A stretch of DNA of 64,000 nt from Minisyncoccota bacterium. Lineage in GTDB: Bacteria > Patescibacteriota > Minisyncoccia > JAHIHE01 > JAGLIN01. Positions 37,236 to 47,273 of the stretch are shown here, piece by piece. The notes below the pieces were generated by a model. That model was given only the letters and a program-made list of their open reading frames with translations, had not been told where the DNA came from and searched no databases. The stretch is taken from positions 32,577 to 96,576 of the forward strand of contig JAGLIM010000006.1 in NCBI GenBank assembly GCA_023142995.1, in the 5' to 3' direction. How positions within the stretch are numbered: position 1 is the stretch's first letter; the number at the start of each line of letters is the position of its first letter. A program made the translations under genes and the position numbers.

Positions 37236-38366
37236 ATGCCAGATAAAAGTTATATTTATGCAGTTTCTACTATTATTGGTACTTCGGTAGGAGCTGGGAT
37301 TTTTAGTTTGCCATTTGTAGCGTCTAAATCGGGTTTTTTTCTTTTTGTTGTTCTTATTTTAGTTTTGGGATCTATTATGCTTCTTCTTAGTTTAATGTAC
37401 GCGGAAATTACTTTGAGGACCAAAAACAAAGGAAGACTAGTCGGTTATTGCGAGAAATACCTTGGAAAGGGAGGAAAAGAAATAGCAACGATTGTAACAC
37501 TGGTTGCTTTATACACTAGTATGCTGGCATTTATGATAATTGGAGGGAAGTTTTTAAATGCCATATTTTCTAATTATATCGGAGGAAATGAATTTATATA
37601 TAGCATTATAATGGCGTTGTTTATTTCAGTATGTATATATATAAATCTAAAAATTGTAAGTATCATAGAATTATCAATGGTCGCTTTTTTGTTCATTACT
37701 ATCTTTGTGATTATTTTCAAAGGAGCGTTCTTTGTTAATGTTGAAAATTTGTTAACTTTTAATATTACACAATCATTTTTTCCATTCGGTGCGATTCTCT
37801 TTTCTATAGGAGCTCTTTCTGCAATTCCGATGCTTGAGCATATAATGAAAAAGAATCAAAAGAAAATTAAAAGCGCGATAATTACAGGAAATGTAATTAC
37901 AATATTTATTTATATATTATTTGTGGCAGTTATTTTGGGTATTACTGGAGATGGAACTTCGCAAGAAGCACTTTATGGACTTGGTTTGATCATGAAAAAT
38001 GGCATAGTTCAAGTCGGTTTGATTTTTGGAGTTTTTGCTATTGCAACTTCTTTTCTTATAGTAGGTATAAATATAAAAGAAATATTTTGGTATGATTATC
38101 ACTTAAGCAAGAAAAAATCTTGGGCACTTGCCTGTTTTGTGCCATTTGCAGTTTTTATTTTAGGTTTTCGCGATTTTATAACTGTGGTTAGTGTGGCAGG
38201 AAGTATTACAGGTGGTTTTGCAGGAATTCTTATTATAATATCATTTTATAGAGCAAAAAAAATGGGAGATTTAAAACCAGCTTTTGAAATAAAAGTACCA
38301 AAGATATTATCAGTTTTTATGATTTCTATTTTGCTTTTAGGAATTGTTTGTCAATTTATCTATTAA
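37236..38366 (+). CDS. Amino-acid permease-like polytopic membrane transporter.
   Basis: About 11 TM helices. The N-terminus SYIYAVSTIIGTSVGAGIFSLP resembles the aromatic amino acid/APC permease family. Confidence 0.5.
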   Translation: MPDKSYIYAVSTIIGTSVGAGIFSLPFVASKSGFFLFVVLILVLGSIMLLLSLMYAEITLRTKNKGRLVGYCEKYLGKGGKEIATIVTLVALYTSMLAFMIIGGKFLNAIFSNYIGGNEFIYSIIMALFISVCIYINLKIVSIIELSMVAFLFITIFVIIFKGAFFVNVENLLTFNITQSFFPFGAILFSIGALSAIPMLEHIMKKNQKKIKSAIITGNVITIFIYILFVAVILGITGDGTSQEALYGLGLIMKNGIVQVGLIFGVFAIATSFLIVGINIKEIFWYDYHLSKKKSWALACFVPFAVFILGFRDFITVVSVAGSITGGFAGILIIISFYRAKKMGDLKPAFEIKVPKILSVFMISILLLGIVCQFIY

Positions 38367-38503
38367 TGGTTGGTAAAAAATTTTCAATTTTCAATTTACA
38401 ATTTCCAATCAATTTTCAATTAAATAATTTTCAAATAAATATATGGAAATAATTGGAAATTAGAAACATTGTTTATGTACAACTTTATATATCAAATTAA
38501 CCT

Positions 38504-38887
38504 ATGTTCGATAAAAAAACAAAAAACATTATCATTCTCTGGTTTCCAGTATTTATTTGTTGTGCAATTATCTATTATCTCTCTGCAATTCCAAATTTAA
38601 GATCAGATCTGCCAAATCAATGGGATTTTATTTTAAGAAAAATTGCGCATATGGCAGAATATGGGATTTTAACTGCTTTTATTTTTAGAGCTTATTTAAA
38701 AAGCAATGGATTTACAGTAAAAAAATCAATTTCTTTTGCAATAATATTTGCTCTAACCTATGCTTTTACCGATGAATATCATCAAACATTTGTTTTTGGC
38801 AGACAAGGCAGTTTAAATGACGTATTTATTGATAGTTTAGGTATATTTTTTATAGCGTTTCTAATTTACAAAAAAGTGAAAAAATGA
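38504..38887 (+). CDS. VanZ-like family membrane protein.
   Basis: ILRKIAHMAEYG...DEYHQTFVFGRQGSLNDVFIDSLG. Confidence 0.65.
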   Translation: MFDKKTKNIIILWFPVFICCAIIYYLSAIPNLRSDLPNQWDFILRKIAHMAEYGILTAFIFRAYLKSNGFTVKKSISFAIIFALTYAFTDEYHQTFVFGRQGSLNDVFIDSLGIFFIAFLIYKKVKK

Positions 38888-38972
38888 TAAAGTTAAAATA
38901 GATAAGGGTTGTAAACTTAGAATTTGAAATATAAAATAAATATTCTAAATTCTAAATTCTAAATTCTGTTGT

Positions 38973-40040
38973 ATGTTTTCATTTGAAAATCCATTATTAG
39001 TAATTGAAATAAGTAGAGTATTCGCAATTTTGGCGATATCATTTACTGTTGCAATGTTAGCAACTCCGCTACTTACTCATTTTTTGTATAAATATAAAAT
39101 TGGTAAACAAATCAGAGATGATGGTAGTTCACCTGTTTTTTCTGCACTTCACAAGAAGAAAGTTGGAACACCGACGATGGGGGGACTTTTGATTTGGATC
39201 ATCGTTCCGTCTCTAGCAATTTTGTTTTGGTTCTTTTCAACTATTACTGATAATTTTGTTATAAATAGCATGAACTTTCTTGATCGAGCTCATACTTATC
39301 TACCTTTAGGAATTCTTGTTTTAGCTGGGTTAGTTGGAGCTTTAGATGATATTATGGGTGTTTTTAAAATTGGTCCAAAAGGTGGAGGGCTTGGAATAAA
39401 GGAAAGAATTTTGTTATATACTTTTGTAGCGACGATCGGAGCCTTTTGGTTTTATTTTAAACTGAACTGGGATATGGTGCATATTCCTGCAGTTGGTGAT
39501 TTTTTTATTGGACTTTGGTATATCCCGCTTTTTATTTTTATAATTGTAGCAACTTCGTTTTCTTTGAACGAAACGGATGGTTTAGATGGATTGGCAGGCG
39601 GAGTTACTTTGCCAGCTTTTGGTGTTTTTGGAGCAATTGCTTTCGCGCAGGGGAATGTTGAGCTTGCGATGTTTTGCGCCGCGATAGTTGGAACACTACT
39701 TGCTTTTTTATGGTTCAATGTCTATCCAGCAAGATTCTATATGGGAGATACTGGTTCTATGGCGCTGGGTGTGACTTTAGGTGTGGTTGCGATGCTGACT
39801 AATTCGTTTTTGATATTGCCTTTTGTTTGTTTTATTTTAGTTATTGAATCTCTTTCGGTCATTATTCAGTTAACTTCAAAAAAATTCAGAGGTAAAAAAG
39901 TTTTTAAAAGTGCGCCGATTCATCATCATTTTGAAGCGATTGGTTGGCCAGAATGCAAAGTAACAATGAGATTTTGGATCATTGCTTGGGTGATGGCGGC
40001 AATTGGGTTGGTAATCGGACTGATTGGAATGGGGAAGTAA
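38973..40040 (+). CDS. mraY: Phospho-N-acetylmuramoyl-pentapeptide transferase MraY.
   Basis: GTPTMGGLLI, NETDGLDGLAGG, MGDTGSMALG and HHHFE. Confidence 0.9.
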   Translation: MFSFENPLLVIEISRVFAILAISFTVAMLATPLLTHFLYKYKIGKQIRDDGSSPVFSALHKKKVGTPTMGGLLIWIIVPSLAILFWFFSTITDNFVINSMNFLDRAHTYLPLGILVLAGLVGALDDIMGVFKIGPKGGGLGIKERILLYTFVATIGAFWFYFKLNWDMVHIPAVGDFFIGLWYIPLFIFIIVATSFSLNETDGLDGLAGGVTLPAFGVFGAIAFAQGNVELAMFCAAIVGTLLAFLWFNVYPARFYMGDTGSMALGVTLGVVAMLTNSFLILPFVCFILVIESLSVIIQLTSKKFRGKKVFKSAPIHHHFEAIGWPECKVTMRFWIIAWVMAAIGLVIGLIGMGK

Positions 40041-40079
40041 GTTGAAAGTTTAAAGGTAATAATTCTAAAAATAAAAACT

Positions 40080-40709
40080 ATGGAAAAAGAATCCTTATCA
40101 GCGTCAATGCTAAAACTAATTTTAGCGATTAGTCTAATTGTTGGAATTGGAGCGGTAATTGGTGTTTTGGGATATTTTTTGACAATGTCGAAAAGTGAGG
40201 TTGTGATTAATATCGATGTAGAAAAAAAGGTTATAAAAGATGAAGAAATGATTCAAGATGAAACTGTCGATTGGAAAATTTATAGGAATGAGGAGTATGG
40301 ATTTGAATTTGAATATCCAGAGAAATGGATTGCAAACAAACATGAGATTATTTCTAATAAAATATATTTAGCAAGTTCAGATATTGTTAATAAAGAATCA
40401 GGCGATACGCCGAATTCAATGGAGATTATGATATATAAAAATATAAACGAACTTGATTATAAAAATATTGGCTTAATTAATTTAAATGATTATTTGGACA
40501 AATATTCAAATATTTCCGATCCTCCGATAAGAAACGTAGAACCTTTTAGTGTCAAAAGCTTATCAGGGTATTATGCTGATGTTAGAGATTTTGGAGGTGG
40601 TAAAAATTATTATATTCAAACAAGTAATTATATTTATGTAATAAGATTTTCTATTAGTGAAAAAGTAATCAATCAAATTCTTTCCACTTTCAAGTTTATA
40701 GAAGAATAA
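40080..40709 (+). CDS. Membrane-anchored hypothetical protein.
   Basis: N-terminal TM helix. No recognisable motif. Confidence 0.4.
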   Translation: MEKESLSASMLKLILAISLIVGIGAVIGVLGYFLTMSKSEVVINIDVEKKVIKDEEMIQDETVDWKIYRNEEYGFEFEYPEKWIANKHEIISNKIYLASSDIVNKESGDTPNSMEIMIYKNINELDYKNIGLINLNDYLDKYSNISDPPIRNVEPFSVKSLSGYYADVRDFGGGKNYYIQTSNYIYVIRFSISEKVINQILSTFKFIEE

Positions 40710-40744
40710 AAAATGTAAAAATAAATATTCATAATTCAAAATTC

Positions 40745-42325
40745 ATGCTAGATATATTAATAAAAAATGGAACCGTAATTGATGGAACTGGTTCAAAAAG
40801 TTCTATTGTTGATGTTGGGATAGAGAAAGAAAAGATAACTATTTTTGAAAAAACAAAAGAAGTTGAAGCAGGTGAGATCATAGATGCTACTGGAAAGATC
40901 GTTTGTCCAGGATTTATTGATATCCTTGATCATTCAGATAATTTTTGGACTATTTTTACAATACCTAGATTAGATAGTAAAGTCACAGATGGTGTAACAA
41001 CAATAATTGGTGGTAATTGTGGAACATCACTTGCTCCAATATTAGGTGAAGGTTCTATTGAATCTATGAGAAAATGGGTAGATATAGGGAACATAAATAT
41101 AAATTGGGACAGAATGAGTAGCTTATTCTCTGAATTGCATAAAAAAGATATAGGTCTTAATTTTGGAACTTTAGTTGGACATGAGACATTAAGGCGAGGA
41201 TTAATGGGAGATCAAATAAGAAAAATTACTGGAGATGAGATCAAAATGATCATGAGAGTGCTTTTAGAAAGCTTAGAAGATGGAGCTTTCGGATTATCTA
41301 CTGGACTTGTTTTTTCACATGCTCGTATGGCGACTATTGAAGAAATAAGGAGTATTGTACGAATATTAAAAGCTAGTAATTCTTTTTATGCGAGTCATAT
41401 TAGAGGTGAATCAGAAGAATTGTTACCTAGTGTCAATGAAACAATTCAAATTGGAAGACGGACAGGAGTACCAATTCAAATATCGCACTTAAAGGCCGTT
41501 GGAGAAAAATATTGGTCTGATATGCAAAAAGCTATAAAAATGATAGATATAGCTAATGAAGAAGGAATTGATATTAACTTTGATGTGTATCCATATGACA
41601 CTACCGGATCAGTATTATATATTCTGCTTCCTGATTGGGTTTCTCAAGGAGGTAGAAAGAAAATGATGCAAAGATTAAAAAATATGGAATTAAGAAATAA
41701 GATTATAAAAGAGATGAGAGGAATGAACTATGATTATAAAAATATTATTGTTTCTATATGTCCAAGACTTAAAGAAGCCGTTGGTAGAAAAATCACTGAT
41801 CTTGCTGTAAGTCAAGAAATTAGTCCAGAAGAGGCTATAATTGAATTATTAATTAGCGCAAATGGTCATGTAGTTGTGTTTAATGGGGGAATATTAAGTG
41901 AAGATAATATTAAGTTATCTTTGCAAAGTCCATATTCAATCATATCATCGGCAGATGCTGCATATAATACTGAATATGCAAGAACAGGAGAGCTTGTTCA
42001 TCCAAGATGTTTCGGAACTTTTTCTAGGGTTTTAGGAAGATATGTAAGAGAACAGAAGGTTTTAAGTTTAGAAAGCGCTATTAAGAAGATGACCTCTGAT
42101 CCAGCTAAAAAAATTGGACTAAAAAATAGAGGTATCTTAAAAAAAGATTTTTATGCAGATGTTGTTGTATTTGATGAAAATAAGATTATAGACAAAGCTA
42201 ATTTTGAAAATCCTTATCAATATTCTCAAGGTATTGAACATGTAATTATTAATGGAAAGTTAGTTATAAATAAAGGTAAGCATACGGGTGAGTTGGCGGG
42301 GAAGGTTTTAAAAAAGACAGGTTAG
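40745..42325 (+). CDS. N-acyl-D-amino-acid deacylase (D-aminoacylase) family amidohydrolase.
   Basis: The N-terminus IKNGTVIDGTGS...DATGKIVCPGFIDILDHSD is typical of the D-aminoacylase family. Confidence 0.7.
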   Translation: MLDILIKNGTVIDGTGSKSSIVDVGIEKEKITIFEKTKEVEAGEIIDATGKIVCPGFIDILDHSDNFWTIFTIPRLDSKVTDGVTTIIGGNCGTSLAPILGEGSIESMRKWVDIGNININWDRMSSLFSELHKKDIGLNFGTLVGHETLRRGLMGDQIRKITGDEIKMIMRVLLESLEDGAFGLSTGLVFSHARMATIEEIRSIVRILKASNSFYASHIRGESEELLPSVNETIQIGRRTGVPIQISHLKAVGEKYWSDMQKAIKMIDIANEEGIDINFDVYPYDTTGSVLYILLPDWVSQGGRKKMMQRLKNMELRNKIIKEMRGMNYDYKNIIVSICPRLKEAVGRKITDLAVSQEISPEEAIIELLISANGHVVVFNGGILSEDNIKLSLQSPYSIISSADAAYNTEYARTGELVHPRCFGTFSRVLGRYVREQKVLSLESAIKKMTSDPAKKIGLKNRGILKKDFYADVVVFDENKIIDKANFENPYQYSQGIEHVIINGKLVINKGKHTGELAGKVLKKTG

Positions 42326-42364
42326 TTTTATTTTAATTTCTTCTTAATTTCTAAAATTAAAATT

Positions 42365-42685
42365 ATGCTTGAATCAATTTATTTATCAATTCTTCTCGCT
42401 GGTTTTGGAGGTGGAGCAGTCAGAGGTTTAGTTGGTTTTACTAAACATCAATTTTCTTATAAAAATGTTGGGTTTAATCTGCCTTATTTTGTTGCAATGA
42501 TGCTTATTTCTGGAGTTACTGGTCTTTTATCTGCTATTGTTGTTAGGGAGCTTGGTATAACTTTTTTAGAATTAGACTATACTCCAGCAGTAGCTTTTAT
42601 TGTTGGTTATGCTGGTGGTGATTTTCTGGAAAATCTCTATAAGATCATTATTAAAGAACCTTCGATTTACAAGATTAAAAAATAA
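42365..42685 (+). CDS. Small membrane protein, hypothetical.
   Basis: 106 aa with about 3 TM helices. Confidence 0.4.
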   Translation: MLESIYLSILLAGFGGGAVRGLVGFTKHQFSYKNVGFNLPYFVAMMLISGVTGLLSAIVVRELGITFLELDYTPAVAFIVGYAGGDFLENLYKIIIKEPSIYKIKK

Positions 42686-42777
42686 TAGTAATAATTTAAA
42701 GTATAACGAAGTTCAATTTACATCCTAATGTAGAGACGTAGCAGTGCTACGTCTATATAAGGTATAAAATTGTTTTT

Positions 42778-43791
42778 ATGGATGATAGTGATAAGATAAA
42801 TAATATTATAGAAAATTTAAGAGAACAAGATCAGCAAAATTATGGTGTTGCTGTTTTTGATATTGATTCAAAAATTGTAAAAAACAGTATTGTAGTTTTT
42901 GGAAAAGTTTTAACGTATAGTCAGAAAGATCAAGTCTCAGAATTGGCAAAAAAACAAAAAATAAAAATTACTTCCGACAGAATAAAAGTTTTAAGTGATT
43001 CTAGCAAAAGATATGAAATCAATTGGGCTGTTGTAAAAGACGCAGTGACAGATCTGAAATTGCGATTTGTTTCTAATAGAATAGTAAATGAAAAAATATT
43101 AAAAAGGATCAGATGTTCACAGGCGTTTAAGGGTGAGATCTTGAGAGTTTTATATAAAAATGAAGATCAACTATTAGTCCAGCAGAATGATCTGACATTA
43201 GGATGGGTGGACAGAAAAGATGTGATTTTAAAGAAAATTAGCTCTTCCCATGATAAAGCCTGCCCTGAGCGAGAGTCGAATGGGGGGAGGTTGGGAGGGG
43301 TTAGAAAACGCAGAAAATTAGGTTTATATAAAAAATGGAAGAGCGGCAATTTTGTGATTAAAGGTAAAGTGATAATTGCAAAAAAGTTCCACAGCCCTAG
43401 CGGGACTATGGAACTAACATCTAAAATCATCAGAGAAGCAGAAAAATATATAGGTACAAAATATCTTCTTGGCGGGAAAACTAAAAATGGAATTGATTGT
43501 TCTGGATTAGTTCAAGTCGTTTATAAGAATTCTTTAAATATAATTTTACCAAAACATTCGTGGGATCAAAAAGAGATTGGAGAAAAGTTGAAATTAGAGA
43601 ATATAAAGACTGGTGATCTAGTATTTTTGATAAAAAAAAGCAACAAGCATAAGCATGTTGGAATTGTGAAAAAAAATAAAGATATAAATTTAATTCATGC
43701 TTCATTTGATAAAAAGAAAGTTGTTGAGCAAAACTTAGATAAAGTTTTTGAAAAATACGATTTTGTAGAAGTGAGGAGGATAGTGAAATAG
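42778..43791 (+). CDS. NlpC/P60-family cell-wall peptidase.
   Basis: The catalytic Cys is in GIDCSGLV, His in HVGIV and His in IHAS, in the C-terminal domain. There is a G-rich internal segment ESNGGRLGGV. Confidence 0.8.
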   Translation: MDDSDKINNIIENLREQDQQNYGVAVFDIDSKIVKNSIVVFGKVLTYSQKDQVSELAKKQKIKITSDRIKVLSDSSKRYEINWAVVKDAVTDLKLRFVSNRIVNEKILKRIRCSQAFKGEILRVLYKNEDQLLVQQNDLTLGWVDRKDVILKKISSSHDKACPERESNGGRLGGVRKRRKLGLYKKWKSGNFVIKGKVIIAKKFHSPSGTMELTSKIIREAEKYIGTKYLLGGKTKNGIDCSGLVQVVYKNSLNIILPKHSWDQKEIGEKLKLENIKTGDLVFLIKKSNKHKHVGIVKKNKDINLIHASFDKKKVVEQNLDKVFEKYDFVEVRRIVK

Positions 43792-43844
43792 AAAATATGA
43801 AATTTTTACATAAAAAAGGAAACTAACCTGGGGCTAGTTTCAGC

Positions 43845-44183
43845 TCAAAATCTTATGAGCGCAAGTTGTTCTTCAATTATTTCTATTTCGATAAAAGGAC
43901 TACCATATGTTCCTTTTAACAATAGTACTTTACCTTTTGAAATCTTTCTTGTAAATGCTTTGATCGTTTTATTGACCGATAGCTTTACTTTCATTCCGCC
44001 TTTTCTCATTTCAGCATTTTCAATAACAAATTCATCATTTTCTGTTATTATCTTTCCATTTGATATTTCTATTAGCGGATTCTTTCTGAGAACAAAAAAG
44101 TGACAGTTGTTTTCAGGTAGCTTTTCAGTAATAAATTCTAGAGCGTCCATTACTGTTTTTAGGTCAATTTTTATTTCATACAT
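43845..44183 (-). CDS. Hypothetical 112-aa protein.
   Basis: The only sizeable minus-strand ORF in the dcw region. No recognisable motif. Confidence 0.35.
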   Translation of the reverse strand: MYEIKIDLKTVMDALEFITEKLPENNCHFFVLRKNPLIEISNGKIITENDEFVIENAEMRKGGMKVKLSVNKTIKAFTRKISKGKVLLLKGTYGSPFIEIEIIEEQLALIRF

Positions 44184-44228
44184 GAGCTATTTCTCCTATT
44201 ATTCAAAACCTATCATAAATATAAACAT

Positions 44229-45764
44229 ATGTCAATATCAAATCAACTCAATCAATACAAGAATAAAAACATTCATATTGTCGGGATCGGTGGGGCGGAG
44301 GGAAGTGCAATCGCGGAGTTTTTAGTGTCTCAGGGAGTCTCTTCGGTCACTGGACATGATTTTTCTTCTAAAGCGGATTTCAAAAAAACTTTTTATAATA
44401 CTCATTTAAGTCTAAAACCAAAAGAAAGAGAAGGAGCATTAGATCATCTTTTGGATTTGCCTATTAGAATGAATTTTAAAGGTCATTATTTGGAAGGAAT
44501 TGACCAAGCGGATATGGTTTTTGTTTCGCAAGTTTGGTTTAAATACCCGCAAAATATGCCGATTTTAGAGAATTTGAAAGATAATGGAGTTCCATTCAAG
44601 ACTATTACTAATTTATATTTTGAACTAGCGCCATGTCCCATTATTTCTGTAACAGGAACAAACGGCAAGACAACGACAGCGAGATTAATCAATAGTATTT
44701 TTAATGCTTGGGGGGTTAAAGTCTTTTTCGCTGGGAACGATCGTCAAAATGTTCAGGTTCTAAATAGGCTTAATGAAATGAAAAAAGAAGATATTTTAAT
44801 TCTTGAAACAAGTAGTACTCAACTATTATTAAACTCTGAAATAAGTCCGTATATTGGAGTTATCACAAATATTACACCTAATCATATTGATGATCATGGC
44901 AGTTTTGAAAATTATATTGAAGCAAAAAAGAATTTGATTAGGTATCAAAAGAAAGGGGATTTTGCGGTTTTAAACGAAAAGTTGAAAGTTTATAAAGTAC
45001 ATAAAGCTATAAAGTCAAGGATATTTTGGTTTAGTGGAAAAAAAGAGTTGGAAGAAGGGTGTTTTGTAAAAAATGGGAAGATTATGATAAGAGAAAATGA
45101 TAAATGCAGGTTTGCAAAAAATCTCCACATCAACACACCCCTAGCCCCTCTCAAGAGGGGAATCGAGATAATGAAGCCAGCAATTGTTTGTAATATAGAT
45201 GATATAAAAATTCCAGGCAAGCATAATCTTGAAAATGTTTTATCGGCAGTTTCTGTTACTTATCTTTATGGTGTAGATTCGAAAATAATAAAAAAAGGCA
45301 TATCAGAATATACCGGTATAAAGCATAGATTAAAACTTCTTTACAATATAGATAGAATCAAATATTATGATGATACACAAGCTACCACTCCTGAGGCGAC
45401 AATTGCGGGTATTGGTTCTTTTGATGGTGATATAATATTGCTTGCAGGTGGAGATAATAAGGGAATGAATTATAAAGAATTGGCGGAGAAAATTAATGAT
45501 AAAGTGAAATTTCTGATGTTATTTTCTGGTAATGCTTCAGATGAAATTGAAGAGTTGATTGATAAAGATAAAGTAGATTTTATAAGAGTGAAAGATTTTG
45601 CTAATGCAATTGAAGAATTAAAAAAATATTATAAAAAAACTGATCCTATAAAAAACGGTACAGTCTTAATTTCTCCCGCGGCAGCTTATTTTTATTCAAA
45701 ATTTGTAGAAAATTCGGGAAAGAGTTTAAGAGAATGGATCAAATCAGTATCTAGTATCAAGTAG
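44229..45764 (+). CDS. murD: Mur ligase, probably MurD (UDP-MurNAc-L-Ala:D-Glu ligase). It contains an in-frame partial repeat element.
   Basis: ISVTGTNGKTTT P-loop, HNLENVLSAV and GGDNKGMNY. It sits after mraY. The segment NLHINTPLAPLKRGIEIM is encoded by a repeat-element fragment at about 45106-45175. Confidence 0.7.
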   Translation: MSISNQLNQYKNKNIHIVGIGGAEGSAIAEFLVSQGVSSVTGHDFSSKADFKKTFYNTHLSLKPKEREGALDHLLDLPIRMNFKGHYLEGIDQADMVFVSQVWFKYPQNMPILENLKDNGVPFKTITNLYFELAPCPIISVTGTNGKTTTARLINSIFNAWGVKVFFAGNDRQNVQVLNRLNEMKKEDILILETSSTQLLLNSEISPYIGVITNITPNHIDDHGSFENYIEAKKNLIRYQKKGDFAVLNEKLKVYKVHKAIKSRIFWFSGKKELEEGCFVKNGKIMIRENDKCRFAKNLHINTPLAPLKRGIEIMKPAIVCNIDDIKIPGKHNLENVLSAVSVTYLYGVDSKIIKKGISEYTGIKHRLKLLYNIDRIKYYDDTQATTPEATIAGIGSFDGDIILLAGGDNKGMNYKELAEKINDKVKFLMLFSGNASDEIEELIDKDKVDFIRVKDFANAIEELKKYYKKTDPIKNGTVLISPAAAYFYSKFVENSGKSLREWIKSVSSIK

Positions 45765-45831
45765 TAAGTATTAAGCAAAATTAGTATTAAATATCAGGCT
45801 TGATACTTAATACTAGCTACTTAATACTAAT

Positions 45832-45984
45832 TTATTTTTCCTCTTCAATAAGTTCCAATTCAACTGGATCTGTTGAGATAACTTCGTGTTCTGCTCCACA
45901 GGCAGAACAAACTAAAACATCTCCTATATCTGGCATTTCTTCGTCAATTGGAATTGGAGCTCCGCAATCTTGGCAATTTGTCAT
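45832..45984 (-). CDS. LysW-like zinc-ribbon peptide with an acidic C-terminal tail (50 aa). It is not in the provided ORF track.
   Basis: MTNCQDCGAPIPIDEEMPDIGDVLVCSACGAEHEVISTDPVELELIEEEK. It has the CxxCGA...GD..xCxxCGAE.EV...DP.ELE..EEE pattern of amino-group carrier proteins. Confidence 0.5.
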   Translation of the reverse strand: MTNCQDCGAPIPIDEEMPDIGDVLVCSACGAEHEVISTDPVELELIEEEK

Positions 45985-46066
45985 ATGTTTGGCTTAATTA
46001 TTAATTTTACTTAAATTATAGTTTATTATAGAAAATATGCAATATCTTAGATTAAAATAATTTTAA

Positions 46067-47113
46067 ATGTCAAACTTTCAAAATAAAATCAATAAAAATA
46101 AAAAAGGCATCTGGCGATATGCTGATTTTTATGATGAGTTTGTAAAACAGGAGAATAGATTAAGTTTAGACAGCAATGAAAGCAGAGATTCTGTAGGTGC
46201 TAAGCACCTACAGAATATGAAGAATTTATATTTTAAGCGAGAAGATGAGAATAAGTGTGGGTCGTTGAAAGAGAGAAGTCTTGCTTATCAAGTTTCACTT
46301 GCCAAGCAAAGCAAAAAGAAAGAATTAGTGATTTCAACTTCTGGTAATGCAGGGATCGCAGCAGCAGCATATTGCCAGAAAACTGGAATAAAATTATATA
46401 TTTTTGTATCTCCTGAAACTGAAAAAGCAAAAATTGTGGAGATGCAAAAATATAATCCAATAATAATAAAATCGTTTCGAGCAATGCGATTGGCAAACTA
46501 CTTAGCGGCAAAGTATAAAATAGAAAATCTAAGACCATCTCTTAATAATTCATCAATAGAAGGATTTAAGTCAATCGCATTTGAAATATTTGAAGATTTA
46601 GGCGAGGTGGACGCGGTTTTTACATATGTTACAAGTGGAAGTTCGTTTATTGGAATTGGTAGGGCATATAAATATCTTTTAGAAAGTAGTGAAATTAAAA
46701 AATTGCCAAAACTATTTACTGTTCAGAGCGGAGAGATATTTTCTATTGCATCTGAATTTGAAGAAATTCAAAAACAAAGATCAATAGCTGGTAGGTTAGG
46801 AGTAAAAAATACTAGACGGAAAAAAGAAATTTTAGAATTAATAAAACTAAGTGGTGGAAGTGGGATATATGTGAGTGACGAAGAAATTGATAAAGCTAAA
46901 AACATTTTAGAAAATAATAATATTTATACCTCTTTTGAAGGTTGCGCGAGTTTTGCGGGAATAAAAACTGTGACTGAAAAAAATAAATTTAATAAAGTTG
47001 TTTGTATTCTTTCGGGGAAGCTTAGAGAAAAAACTGATAAAATTGATGAAAGTAGGATCTATAAAGCAGAGAATTTTGAAGAAGTGGATGAAATAGTTGA
47101 GTTAAAAAAATAA
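46067..47113 (+). CDS. PLP-dependent fold-type II enzyme (threonine synthase / serine racemase / dehydratase superfamily).
   Basis: FKREDENKCGSLKERS, which is the (F/L)KxEdxNptGSFKdR PLP-lysine motif. Also a glycine-rich SGNAGIAAAAY. Confidence 0.7.
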   Translation: MSNFQNKINKNKKGIWRYADFYDEFVKQENRLSLDSNESRDSVGAKHLQNMKNLYFKREDENKCGSLKERSLAYQVSLAKQSKKKELVISTSGNAGIAAAAYCQKTGIKLYIFVSPETEKAKIVEMQKYNPIIIKSFRAMRLANYLAAKYKIENLRPSLNNSSIEGFKSIAFEIFEDLGEVDAVFTYVTSGSSFIGIGRAYKYLLESSEIKKLPKLFTVQSGEIFSIASEFEEIQKQRSIAGRLGVKNTRRKKEILELIKLSGGSGIYVSDEEIDKAKNILENNNIYTSFEGCASFAGIKTVTEKNKFNKVVCILSGKLREKTDKIDESRIYKAENFEEVDEIVELKK

Positions 47114-47273
47114 AATAGAAAATAATAGATTAGAATATTAAATCATAAATCCAAAATTATAAATTCCAAATAAATCCAAAATTCAAATGTTCAAAATTTT
47201 AAACTGTTTTTGATTTTGGTTATTGTAATTTATTTGTTATTTGATATTTTGAATTTGTAATTTAATTAATAAG

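Noticed and set aside
43255-43300. A G-rich segment in the NlpC/P60 gene (GGGGGGAGGTTGGGAGGGGTT) as another in-frame copy of the palindromic element.
   Set aside because: It only loosely resembles GAGGGTTGGGGGTGTGTT and the other modules are absent. I kept it as a note inside the feature and did not count it as an element copy.
45800-45997. The + strand 65-aa ORF from the six-frame track.
   Set aside because: It is low-complexity (SSSISSNS). The opposite strand encodes a convincing LysW-like zinc-ribbon peptide with a proper ATG and stop.
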